Below are positions 18,189-27,088 of a stretch of 40,319 nt of DNA, piece after piece. The stretch lies in contig JBKBRH010000001.1 in the NCBI GenBank assembly GCA_046292225.1, positions 1-40,319 on the forward strand, in the 5' to 3' direction. A program made the position numbers and the translations under genes. The notes beneath the pieces are model-generated. The model worked only from the letters and a program-made list of their open reading frames with translations, made no database searches and was not told the DNA's origin. This DNA is from Endomicrobiia bacterium (GTDB taxonomy: Bacteria > Elusimicrobiota > Endomicrobiia > DTEH01). Each line of letters begins with the position of its first letter. Positions within the stretch are counted from its first letter, which is position 1.

Positions 18189-19225
18189 AAAAGTTGCTCA
18201 TAGATAGAGTAAAGTTTTACCATATATTCGTTTACATCAAACTTTTTAGCTTTATTTTTTGCATTTTTTGAAATTCTAAAATAGAAATCTTTATCATATA
18301 AAAGTTTTTCTATACTATTTTTAATTTCAGTTTCAGAAGGAGATACTAAAATTCCGTCTACATTGTTTTCTATAATTTCTTGTGGTCCACCTAAAGCACA
18401 AGCAACTACTGGTTTTGCCAACGACATAGATTCTATTATAACTCTACCAAAAGATTCAGGTTCTAATGACGGGTTTACAACAATATCACAAATGTTTATA
18501 TAATCATATACATTTTCTACATAACCACTAAAAATAACTTTTTTATCCAATTTTAGTTCTTCTACAAGTTTTCTAATATTATCTATTTCTTTCCCTTCCC
18601 CACAAACAAGCAAAAACACATTTTCACAATTTAACTTAGAGAAAGCTCTTATCAATAATTTGTGTCCTTTCCATTTTTCAACTCTTGAAAACACACCAAT
18701 AATTTTTACTGCGTCTGGTATTTTAAGTTTTCTTTTCATTTCAGACATATCTATGTTTGGTTTAGTACTTTTTAAATCTATTGGATTGTAAAGTTTTACA
18801 ACTTTTTTGTGTGCATAATAAAACTTTTTTTTCACAGCGTCAGAAACAACTATTATTCTGTCAACAAAAAAAGAAATTATTCTTTCTTTTAACTTATCTG
18901 ATTCTATTACTCTGTTATGCCATACAACTTTTTTCCCTAAAATTTTTGAAAAAAAACTACAAAAAAAACTGTATTTTGTACAAGCTGAATTTATATGTAC
19001 TATTTGTGGATTATATTCTTTTATTTTATTATAAACTAAGAAAGGTTTTACCAGTTCAACTTCGATTTTGTTTTTTTCTAACATTTCTTTAAACACACCT
19101 GGACGGTTTATGAAAACCTTAAATTGATATTTATTTTTGTCTATATTTTTTAGAATAGTAAACAAGCTTATTTGTCCGCCACCAGGCGGGTCTAAAGGTT
19201 CTTCTATATAAAGAATTTTTTTCAT
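18185..19225 (-). CDS. GT4-family glycosyltransferase
   Basis: 346 aa with EX7E region EPESFGRVIIESMSLAKPVVA. Confidence 0.85.
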   Translation of the reverse strand: MKKILYIEEPLDPPGGGQISLFTILKNIDKNKYQFKVFINRPGVFKEMLEKNKIEVELVKPFLVYNKIKEYNPQIVHINSACTKYSFFCSFFSKILGKKVVWHNRVIESDKLKERIISFFVDRIIVVSDAVKKKFYYAHKKVVKLYNPIDLKSTKPNIDMSEMKRKLKIPDAVKIIGVFSRVEKWKGHKLLIRAFSKLNCENVFLLVCGEGKEIDNIRKLVEELKLDKKVIFSGYVENVYDYINICDIVVNPSLEPESFGRVIIESMSLAKPVVACALGGPQEIIENNVDGILVSPSETEIKNSIEKLLYDKDFYFRISKNAKNKAKKFDVNEYMVKLYSIYEQLL

Positions 19226-20214
19226 ATTTTGTTTTTCAAAAAACTAAAAGTTTGGATAATTCTTCCTATGTCAAAAGAAAAATCAAAAATGAATTTTAAT
19301 AAAGGAAACAAAAATAAAACTATAATTTTATAAAATAATCCAAAATTGTAAAATTTAAAATATTTCACCATAAAGAAATACTTATAGATTTGATAAAGAT
19401 ACCAAAAAACTAAAAGAAATAAAAATACTTTAAAACCTAAAATAAATCCAATAAACAAGAAAAATAAAAACTTAACCAAAATAGATGTTTTCAAAACATA
19501 ATCAAGATGTACCATATCAATAAATAATAGATCAATATCTGCTTTACCTCTTCTTATGTACCATTTTATTGCATTAAATAAATTTCTATTAGTATCATGA
19601 TAAACCAAAGCATTAGGACGAAAAAGAAATCTGTTTTTCCCATGTTTTTTTATTATCCTAAGACATAAATCACTATCTTCAGAACCAAATCTGTTTTTTA
19701 AATTAAACATACCAACATCTTCTATTATTTTTTTTCTAAAAATAGTATTACAAGTTGCAACTTGTGAAAGTTCAACATCTATACCTCTTGAATAATTATG
19801 AAGACGGAATCCACCACCAGGATGTCCCATAACTCCTATAACAAAACTTATCAAATTAACATTCTCTATTTTAGGAAAAACTGCACCCATCACTCCAAAT
19901 TTATCTTCAGGCAATGGTTTTGTTATCTCTTTAAACCAATCTTTTGTAATTTCAACATCGTCGTCAATAAAAATAACAAAATCACCCTTTGCATTTTTCA
20001 CACCAATATTTCTTTGATATGAAAACCCAGCTTCTTTTAAAGGAATTTTGATATGTGATATATCATAGTTTAAGTCTGACAGATCATCTATTGCTTCAAC
20101 TACAACAATTTCATAGTTATTATTTCCTTTTAAGCTTTTATCAAGCAAATCTAATAATCTTATTAATTTTTCTCTATTATTTTTTGATATTATCACTATT
20201 GAGTATTTGGTCAT
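19222..20214 (-). CDS. GT2-family glycosyltransferase with C-terminal membrane helices
   Basis: 330 aa. It has YSIVIISKNN, the DxD motif FIDDDVEI, and a hydrophobic C-terminus (FLFFLFIGFILGFKVFLFLLVFWYL). Confidence 0.8.
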   Translation of the reverse strand: MTKYSIVIISKNNREKLIRLLDLLDKSLKGNNNYEIVVVEAIDDLSDLNYDISHIKIPLKEAGFSYQRNIGVKNAKGDFVIFIDDDVEITKDWFKEITKPLPEDKFGVMGAVFPKIENVNLISFVIGVMGHPGGGFRLHNYSRGIDVELSQVATCNTIFRKKIIEDVGMFNLKNRFGSEDSDLCLRIIKKHGKNRFLFRPNALVYHDTNRNLFNAIKWYIRRGKADIDLLFIDMVHLDYVLKTSILVKFLFFLFIGFILGFKVFLFLLVFWYLYQIYKYFFMVKYFKFYNFGLFYKIIVLFLFPLLKFIFDFSFDIGRIIQTFSFLKNKI

Positions 20215-21370
20215 AAAACTCTTCCCATTTTTTATTTATAATTTCTTCAGAATAGTTTTGTTTAGCGTAATTATAAGCATTTGTAGCTAGTTTTCTTTTA
20301 AGTTCTTCGTCATATAATAACCTTAAAACTGCTTTAGCAAAACTTAAAGGATCATCTGCTATTAATAACTCTTTCTCATTTTTAACATTTAGTCCTTCAC
20401 AAGACTCTGTTGTTGCAACAATAGGTTTTGATGCAGCCATCGCTTGGATAATCTTATTCCTAAGGCCAGAACCTATCCTAATAGGAGAAATAAAAATTTC
20501 TGATTTAAACAAATATTCTTTTATATCTTCTACTTCTCCAGTTACTATTATGTTATCATTGGAAAATTTTCTAATTTCGTCTGCAGGATTTTTACCTACA
20601 ATATATAGTTTAATTTTGACATATTTAACAATAAGTGGATAAATATCTTTCATAAAATATTTGATAGCATCTATGTTTGGCAAAAAATTCATTATTCCCA
20701 TAAATATAAGCGAGTTTTTTTCAATTTCATAAATGGTATAATCTTTTTTAAAATATGAGGAGTCAACACTGTTAGGAATTTCTGTAATATTTTTGTTATA
20801 AAGATATTTTTTATAAAAATTAGTATGATCATCAGTAATTGAGATTAAAAAATCAAATTTTTTAACCCAATATATTTCTTGTTTTTTGTGAATTAAATAT
20901 TTAATATAATTAAAAATCTTCCTCAAAAAACCACTTTCAAATTTATACTTTTGCCAGGTTAGTTTAGAATCAACACCCCAGCTATCTATAACTAAAATTT
21001 TATCTTTGAATAATTTAAAATCAATATAACAAGCCATAAATATTTTTTCTACTTGAATTATGTCGTAATTGTTTTCAACCATTATTTGTGAAATATGTTT
21101 CTTAATTGAAGGTTCTCTATAGTATACAAAAAATCTGTTAAATAAACTTTTTCTAAAAACAGGTAATGGAAAGTAATAAATATTTCTACACAATTTTCTT
21201 AAATATGCCAATCCCTCTTTAAGATTATCTTCTTGTTGATAAAAAGTAATAAGATCTACATAAAATCTGTTGCTTAATATCTTTAAAATCTGGCAAGTTC
21301 TTAACCTTGAGCCGTCATCTGGCGGATATGGGAAAATAGGTGCTAAAAGTAAAACTTTTCTTATGTTCAT
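20177..21370 (-). CDS. GT4-like glycosyltransferase resembling PEP-CTERM/EpsH1-system-associated sugar transferases
   Basis: 397 aa. The N-terminal VLLLAPIFPYPPDDGSRLR and the C-terminal IRIGSGLRNKIIQAMAASKPIVAT match my recollection of that subfamily. Both EX7E glutamates are replaced. Confidence 0.7.
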   Translation of the reverse strand: MNIRKVLLLAPIFPYPPDDGSRLRTCQILKILSNRFYVDLITFYQQEDNLKEGLAYLRKLCRNIYYFPLPVFRKSLFNRFFVYYREPSIKKHISQIMVENNYDIIQVEKIFMACYIDFKLFKDKILVIDSWGVDSKLTWQKYKFESGFLRKIFNYIKYLIHKKQEIYWVKKFDFLISITDDHTNFYKKYLYNKNITEIPNSVDSSYFKKDYTIYEIEKNSLIFMGIMNFLPNIDAIKYFMKDIYPLIVKYVKIKLYIVGKNPADEIRKFSNDNIIVTGEVEDIKEYLFKSEIFISPIRIGSGLRNKIIQAMAASKPIVATTESCEGLNVKNEKELLIADDPLSFAKAVLRLLYDEELKRKLATNAYNYAKQNYSEEIINKKWEEFYDQILNSDNIKK

Positions 21371-22812
21371 ATTTTTTCTTTCATCTTTAATAACATCTTT
21401 TTAAATTCATTTATTTCAAATGGATCCAAAAAAATAAAACCTATATAAACTAAACTACAAACTAAACTATAAATCGCTATATACATTACAGATTGAAACT
21501 GAGAAAGAATTAAAAAATTTGTAATATAACATCCTATAAAACTATAAATAAAATATTTCAAAATACTACCTAATGGAAACTTTAATTTAAAACTATAGAT
21601 AAGATAAAAAGTTCCAACTAAACAAGCAACTATTTGAGCTAAAGAATTTCCAATTGCTGCACCTATGCTATGATATTTAGGTATAAGAATAATGTTCAAA
21701 ACAATATTTAACAACGCGACAAAAAATCCTATTTTTACTATGATATCTACTTTTTCTATTGTATGAACATAATTTGAACCAACAGTTGCAATACTTCCAA
21801 ATAATGCTGAACATAAAATTATTCTTACAGAATACACACAAAAAAGATAATCCCTTCCATATAAAAGTTGTATAACTTTATCAGCAAGAAAAAATAAAAT
21901 TAAATATATCGGTATAAAAATAAAAGAGATATATTTTGTAAAAATAGTATAACTTTTATTTAAACTTTCCCAATCATTTTTTCCGTATATATTAGACATA
22001 AAAGGTAGCATAACTTTTGAAATTGAAGAAACCAATAATCTTTGTGGAAGAAAAGCTAAAGAATATGCTATTGTATAAAAAGAAATTTCTTTTACGGGAG
22101 AATATATTCTTAAAAAAAATATTTCAGAGTTTTGCCATACGACATAGTCAAGAATTAATGCAAAAGATACATATCTGTAATATTTTGAAATATCTGAGAG
22201 TTCTTTTTGTGTATAGTTATCAGTTTTGATAACAATTTCTTTCCATCTTTTCTCATAAAAAATATTAATTAAAAATCCTGTAAGTAAAAAAATAGTGTAA
22301 ATTAAAATTGCAGTATTACAATTAGCATATTTTCTTAAAAAAACTATAATGAGAACTAAAAAAATTATATGTGAAACTAAAGAAGAATACATTAAAACTT
22401 TGAAGTTTCTTAATCCAGAAATTATGCTTGTAATAAAATTGTTAAAAATAAAACCAGCAATTATTATAAGTACAAAAAAATAATTTATAGGTATTTTATT
22501 TCTATATATGAGATAAAACAAAATGGATACTAAACAAAACAATATGATATATTGCTTAATTAAACTATAAATAAAACCTTGTATTCTTTGTTTCTGCGCA
22601 GGGTAAAGCTGGGAAATATACTTTGTCAAAGTAGCAGGTAAACCAAGCATAATAATAGTTGAAAAAAAACCGATCATCCATATTGTAAAAGAATACTTGC
22701 CAAACTCTTCTGCACCAAGAATTCTTGCTAAAAGCATACTTGTAATAAAACTTAAAACAAAACCTGCAATATTTTGGATTGTGCTATAACTTATATCTTT
22801 AATTATTCTCAT
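21367..22812 (-). CDS. Wzx-type flippase (MOP/polysaccharide biosynthesis protein family)
   Basis: 481 aa and polytopic, with roughly 12-14 hydrophobic segments. The N-terminal IAGFVLSFITSMLLARILGAEEFGKY is typical of Wzx/RfbX. Confidence 0.8.
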   Translation of the reverse strand: MRIIKDISYSTIQNIAGFVLSFITSMLLARILGAEEFGKYSFTIWMIGFFSTIIMLGLPATLTKYISQLYPAQKQRIQGFIYSLIKQYIILFCLVSILFYLIYRNKIPINYFFVLIIIAGFIFNNFITSIISGLRNFKVLMYSSLVSHIIFLVLIIVFLRKYANCNTAILIYTIFLLTGFLINIFYEKRWKEIVIKTDNYTQKELSDISKYYRYVSFALILDYVVWQNSEIFFLRIYSPVKEISFYTIAYSLAFLPQRLLVSSISKVMLPFMSNIYGKNDWESLNKSYTIFTKYISFIFIPIYLILFFLADKVIQLLYGRDYLFCVYSVRIILCSALFGSIATVGSNYVHTIEKVDIIVKIGFFVALLNIVLNIILIPKYHSIGAAIGNSLAQIVACLVGTFYLIYSFKLKFPLGSILKYFIYSFIGCYITNFLILSQFQSVMYIAIYSLVCSLVYIGFIFLDPFEINEFKKMLLKMKEKI

Positions 22813-24835
22813 TTTTATTTATACCACTGCATACCAACGAAAAACCAAAAATTTTTAAAAAAACAAAGTATCTTTCTATAACATCAATAATTTTAAACAA
22901 ATTAATAAAAACTTTTCTTACAAAATATTCTCCAACTCTATGACGGAAAAAACTAATTATATGATCATCACAGATATTTCTTGCTAAATTTCCTGTAGAC
23001 AAATATTTAATAGTTAAACCTGCTTTTAAAAATTCTTTTTTTATTACTTTTTTATTATAAGACCTTTCAGAAATATCACCTATTGAATCCCAGAAATAAC
23101 CATATTTCCATCTTATATGTTTTCTTATAAACAAAGAATGTAAACTTAACCAATAAGGAACCAAACAAACCACCATACCTTCTTCTACTGTATAACTTCT
23201 CATTTTTTTTATTACTTCAACCGAGTTAGAAAAATGTTCTATCACACCACAATTGTAAACAATGTCATACTTATCGTCAATCTGTGTAGTAAAAAAATTA
23301 CCTTCTATAATCTTTACTTTATCTTTTAAACCAAAATAATCTACAAGACTTTTTGCCTTATTTATTTCTTTTTCGTCAATATCTATCAATGTAACTTCAG
23401 CACCACACAAGGCAAAAAGACATGAAATTATAGGTGTAGAACCAAAATCAAGAATTTTTTTAGCTTTTATTTTAGTCCCTATAGCTTCTAACAATTGTCT
23501 TGCTGTAACTAAATAAAAATGATAAAGTGCCGGATCTTTTAATATTCTATCAAGCACATAATTTCTCCATTTTGACGAGATAACATTCCCACAAACTTCT
23601 TTTGGCAGTGCATTTAAAAAATTGCCAATTTTTCTAAATTTATATTGAGATATAACCTTTTGATAATGTTTAATCTTTTTCTCAACAACAGATTTTAACG
23701 AATATTCATTTTTTAAAATAGAATACTCCTTTATTATTTCACTTCTTTTGCTTTCATTAGTCAACAGCTCAACTATAGCGTAAGCCCATTGTTTGTAATC
23801 ATAAGCAGGAAAAATATACTTATAGTTTATTTTTCCCATAATTTCTCTAAATACAGGTATGTCTGAACATATAATAGGAGTATTTAAAAAAATGTTTTCT
23901 AATAGAACCATTCCAAATGTCTCCCATAAAGATGGTATTACACAAAGATCTGATTTTTTTATTATTCTTCTCACTTCTTTATTTTCTAAGACTCCCAAAA
24001 ACTCAACATATTTTTCAATGTTAAGTTTTTTAATTTCTATTTCTAAATTTTTAAAATAGTCTATGTCTTTTTCCCCAACAAAAATAAACTTTACATCCTT
24101 TAGTTTTTCTAACACATAAGGAATTGCTTTTATTACTGTTATTGGATTTTTTCGTTTTTCAATTCTTCCAATGAATAGTACTTTAAACTCGTCAATTATT
24201 CTGTTTTTATCTTCAGTTTCATTCAAAGATTGTTCTACATATCCGTGCGGAATTACATTGCTAACTTTAACTGTAAGATTTTGAAGTTCTTTTTTTGCAT
24301 TTTCTGTAAGTGCAACAACACTATCACTTAATTTCATAGTTAAAATCTCAAGAAAACTTTCTATAAAATAAACAATTTTAGACATTAATGATTTTTTGAA
24401 TTCATATCTTCTTACATAATACACACAACCATGACTATAACATACTACCGGAATATCTAAAAATAATTCACAAAACAATCCTTCGTTAAACCATTCAGGA
24501 GTTTCAATTATGTCAATATGATAATTTTTAAGTAATTTTTTTACAGCAAAATAATTACTGACCGCACACATAATTCTTAAATAAACTGTTTTTAATCCAA
24601 GTAAACTAAACAATCTTGCAAAACCTGGTATTTGTTTCTGTTTTGCATAATAAACAATAATATTCTTTTGTTGTCTTACAATTTCTTTTTTTCTTGGCAA
24701 TGAAGAAATTATAAAAACTTTATGACCTTTTTTAGCAAGTTCTTTAGAAATATTGTCTACATATGTCCCTATACCACCATAACCAACACTTCTATCATAT
24801 TCTCTGCAAAGAAAAACTATATTCATAATTTTCAA
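22799..24835 (-). CDS. Fusion protein: GT4 glycosyltransferase (N) plus class I methyltransferase-like domain (C)
   Basis: 678 aa. The GT4 N-terminus is IVFLCREYDRSVGYGGIGTYV with EX7E WETFGMVLLENIFLNTPII. The C-terminal region KILDFGSTPIISCLFALCGAEVTLIDID...DIVYNCGVIEHF (about 23035..23515) has a Rossmann methyltransferase layout with a degenerate Gly motif. Confidence 0.8.
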   Translation of the reverse strand: MKIMNIVFLCREYDRSVGYGGIGTYVDNISKELAKKGHKVFIISSLPRKKEIVRQQKNIIVYYAKQKQIPGFARLFSLLGLKTVYLRIMCAVSNYFAVKKLLKNYHIDIIETPEWFNEGLFCELFLDIPVVCYSHGCVYYVRRYEFKKSLMSKIVYFIESFLEILTMKLSDSVVALTENAKKELQNLTVKVSNVIPHGYVEQSLNETEDKNRIIDEFKVLFIGRIEKRKNPITVIKAIPYVLEKLKDVKFIFVGEKDIDYFKNLEIEIKKLNIEKYVEFLGVLENKEVRRIIKKSDLCVIPSLWETFGMVLLENIFLNTPIICSDIPVFREIMGKINYKYIFPAYDYKQWAYAIVELLTNESKRSEIIKEYSILKNEYSLKSVVEKKIKHYQKVISQYKFRKIGNFLNALPKEVCGNVISSKWRNYVLDRILKDPALYHFYLVTARQLLEAIGTKIKAKKILDFGSTPIISCLFALCGAEVTLIDIDEKEINKAKSLVDYFGLKDKVKIIEGNFFTTQIDDKYDIVYNCGVIEHFSNSVEVIKKMRSYTVEEGMVVCLVPYWLSLHSLFIRKHIRWKYGYFWDSIGDISERSYNKKVIKKEFLKAGLTIKYLSTGNLARNICDDHIISFFRHRVGEYFVRKVFINLFKIIDVIERYFVFLKIFGFSLVCSGINKNENN

Positions 24836-25671
24836 CTACTTTTTATTAACTTTATAACCATTATTCTTACTCGCTGAAATGAAAACTTTAATATCTCTTT
24901 TATAATTTCCAAAACAGATGTTTGTTTTAAAAAAAATTTAATGTGTTTAAGATAAAAAACAAAGTTATTATATATACTTGCTAATTCATAGATTGAAGGA
25001 TTTATATCCCATTCTCCACCATATCTACATTCTTTTCTTGGAAGATTAAATGCAAGATAGTTTTCAACAAAAATTATTTTATATCCAGTTTTAAAAACAG
25101 TTAAAAAAAAATCTGTTTCTTCTCTATAGGAGTTAATTATATATCGTTTATCAAACTTTATGCTTTCATAAAGTTCTATTTTAGCAAGATGGATGGATTT
25201 GAGTTTAAAGATATCTTTATAACATTTAGGATGGTTTAAGATTATTTTTTCATCTACATACTTCATATAATTATTATCTGCAAGATATTTTACATTACAT
25301 CCAACTATATCAGCATTTTCTTTAGTCAATATCTCATACATTAAACTTATTGTATCTTTAAGCAAAAAAACATCATCTTCGCCAAAAAAGATAAATCTAC
25401 AATTTTTTGAAACACTTTTAATACCTTTATTTCTTGCTAAAGGAAGACTTAATTTTTTAGGATTTTTTATATATTTAAAATTTAGATTTAAACTTTCTAA
25501 CTTTTTTATGACACAGTTATAACTTAAACTGCTGCCATCGTCTACTATTATTATTTCTGAATTAAAAGGTAAGAGTGCTGAAATATAACTATCTATGGTC
25601 TTTATTAACACAGTTGGTCTATTGTATGTAGGAACGATTAGAGAAATTAATGTATCTTTTTTATTAACCAT
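24832..25671 (-). CDS. GT2-family glycosyltransferase
   Basis: 279 aa. Motifs are ISLIVPTYNRP, IIIVDDGSS and FFGEDDVF. Confidence 0.8.
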   Translation of the reverse strand: MVNKKDTLISLIVPTYNRPTVLIKTIDSYISALLPFNSEIIIVDDGSSLSYNCVIKKLESLNLNFKYIKNPKKLSLPLARNKGIKSVSKNCRFIFFGEDDVFLLKDTISLMYEILTKENADIVGCNVKYLADNNYMKYVDEKIILNHPKCYKDIFKLKSIHLAKIELYESIKFDKRYIINSYREETDFFLTVFKTGYKIIFVENYLAFNLPRKECRYGGEWDINPSIYELASIYNNFVFYLKHIKFFLKQTSVLEIIKEILKFSFQRVRIMVIKLIKSS

Positions 25672-27046
25672 ATTTTTCTATTTGTGGCAAAACTGTTGCT
25701 ATTCCTGTCAAAAACCAAAACGGTTCCATTATACGAATAATAATAAAAGTGTTTGCAGCAGTTGATTGAAATAAAAGTCCAACAAGTGACGAAAATACAC
25801 ATAAAGAAATTGATTTATATAACAAATCATTTGAAGTTTTAAAAACTTTATATGTTGAATCAAACACTGAAATTACCAACCATAAAAATATAGTTAAACC
25901 CAAAAGACCAGTCTCTCCTACAATCAAAGGTATCTGTGTATCTACAAGACCAACACCTGTAACACCAAAACCTAAAACAGGTCTTTTAGGAATAAACTCA
26001 TTAAACATCTTTTTCCATGATTGTATTCTTGCTAAAGCTGAAAGTTCACGAATTTTAAATCCTAAAACAGTTGCTTCTTCTTGTGAAGTTGTTTTTTCAG
26101 CAAAAGTTTCTTTAATTCGTTCAACTACAGTTTGTGTTGCCTGTGGAAAAATTATAGGAGATAAGACAAAAAGCAAAAGTAGACTTGTTAAAATTAAAAT
26201 TTTTTTCTTTTCAGTTAAAACAATCAATGTTATCGTCATAAAAACAAAACCTAAATAACTACTTCTTGATTTCGTATACGCGAAAGGTATTAAAGAAAAA
26301 ATTGTCAAAAAAATATACATTGAACTCAAATTTACATTATCAGAATAACAAAATAAAGAAATTAATAAACTAATAACTATTAACAAATATCCACCATATG
26401 TATTTGCTTCACCAGAACCTACTTCGCCTCCCCCTATTACTGCTGATGGTTTATCAAAAGGTGCATAAAGTCTTTCTACTTTACCTATAAGAGTATATCC
26501 ATGAATGTTTACAATTATTGAAGTAATAATAAATAGTAATAAATAAATTTCAAGTTGTTTTTTTGTCTTAACTATTTGCGTAGTTAAAAAATATATAGTA
26601 AAATACTCTAAATATTTTAAAAGATAAAAAAATGCTTTTGTTAAAACTATCCTACCAGATATAACACCTAAATATGTTGAAATTATACAAACTATAGTGT
26701 AAAGAAAAATTGGTAATAAAGGTCCTGTAACAACTATTTCTAATTTCTTGGTAAAAATAGATTTAGCAAACCATCCTAAAAAAACTGCTGCTATCAATAA
26801 GTCGTCAATTCGAACAACAACTTCTCTTCCTGGGACATCTGCAAGTTTTATTTCAGGCGATAATAACATTGAAAAAATTAAGAATACAAGACCTACTTGA
26901 GGAGAAAAAAATGAAATAAAAAGTATTAGAGTAGCAAGAATTAAACCCAAAAACAATATGTTAGGGTTAGATATTAACAATTTTGTAAGTAAAAAAATTA
27001 TCAAAATAGAGAAAAAAATTATAAATATTTCTTGTGTTTTTACCAT
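25664..27046 (-). CDS. Wzy_C (O-antigen ligase-like) family membrane protein: polymerase, ligase or O-oligosaccharyltransferase
   Basis: 460 aa and polytopic. It has the central YTKSRSSYLGF, a large loop, then RPVLGFGVTGVGLVDTQIPLIVGETGLLGL, which is typical of the family. Confidence 0.7.
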   Translation of the reverse strand: MVKTQEIFIIFFSILIIFLLTKLLISNPNILFLGLILATLILFISFFSPQVGLVFLIFSMLLSPEIKLADVPGREVVVRIDDLLIAAVFLGWFAKSIFTKKLEIVVTGPLLPIFLYTIVCIISTYLGVISGRIVLTKAFFYLLKYLEYFTIYFLTTQIVKTKKQLEIYLLLFIITSIIVNIHGYTLIGKVERLYAPFDKPSAVIGGGEVGSGEANTYGGYLLIVISLLISLFCYSDNVNLSSMYIFLTIFSLIPFAYTKSRSSYLGFVFMTITLIVLTEKKKILILTSLLLLFVLSPIIFPQATQTVVERIKETFAEKTTSQEEATVLGFKIRELSALARIQSWKKMFNEFIPKRPVLGFGVTGVGLVDTQIPLIVGETGLLGLTIFLWLVISVFDSTYKVFKTSNDLLYKSISLCVFSSLVGLLFQSTAANTFIIIRIMEPFWFLTGIATVLPQIEKYG

Positions 27047-27088
27047 TTTTTCTTGTTAATTCTCCTACAGATTAGTAATTTTTATATA

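Noticed and set aside
9157-27046. Genomic island, prophage or mobile element explaining the low-GC glycan block.
   Set aside because: No integrase, transposase, phage gene, tRNA or flanking direct repeat is present. The genes are contiguous and translationally coupled with their neighbours. Low G+C is common for polysaccharide loci.
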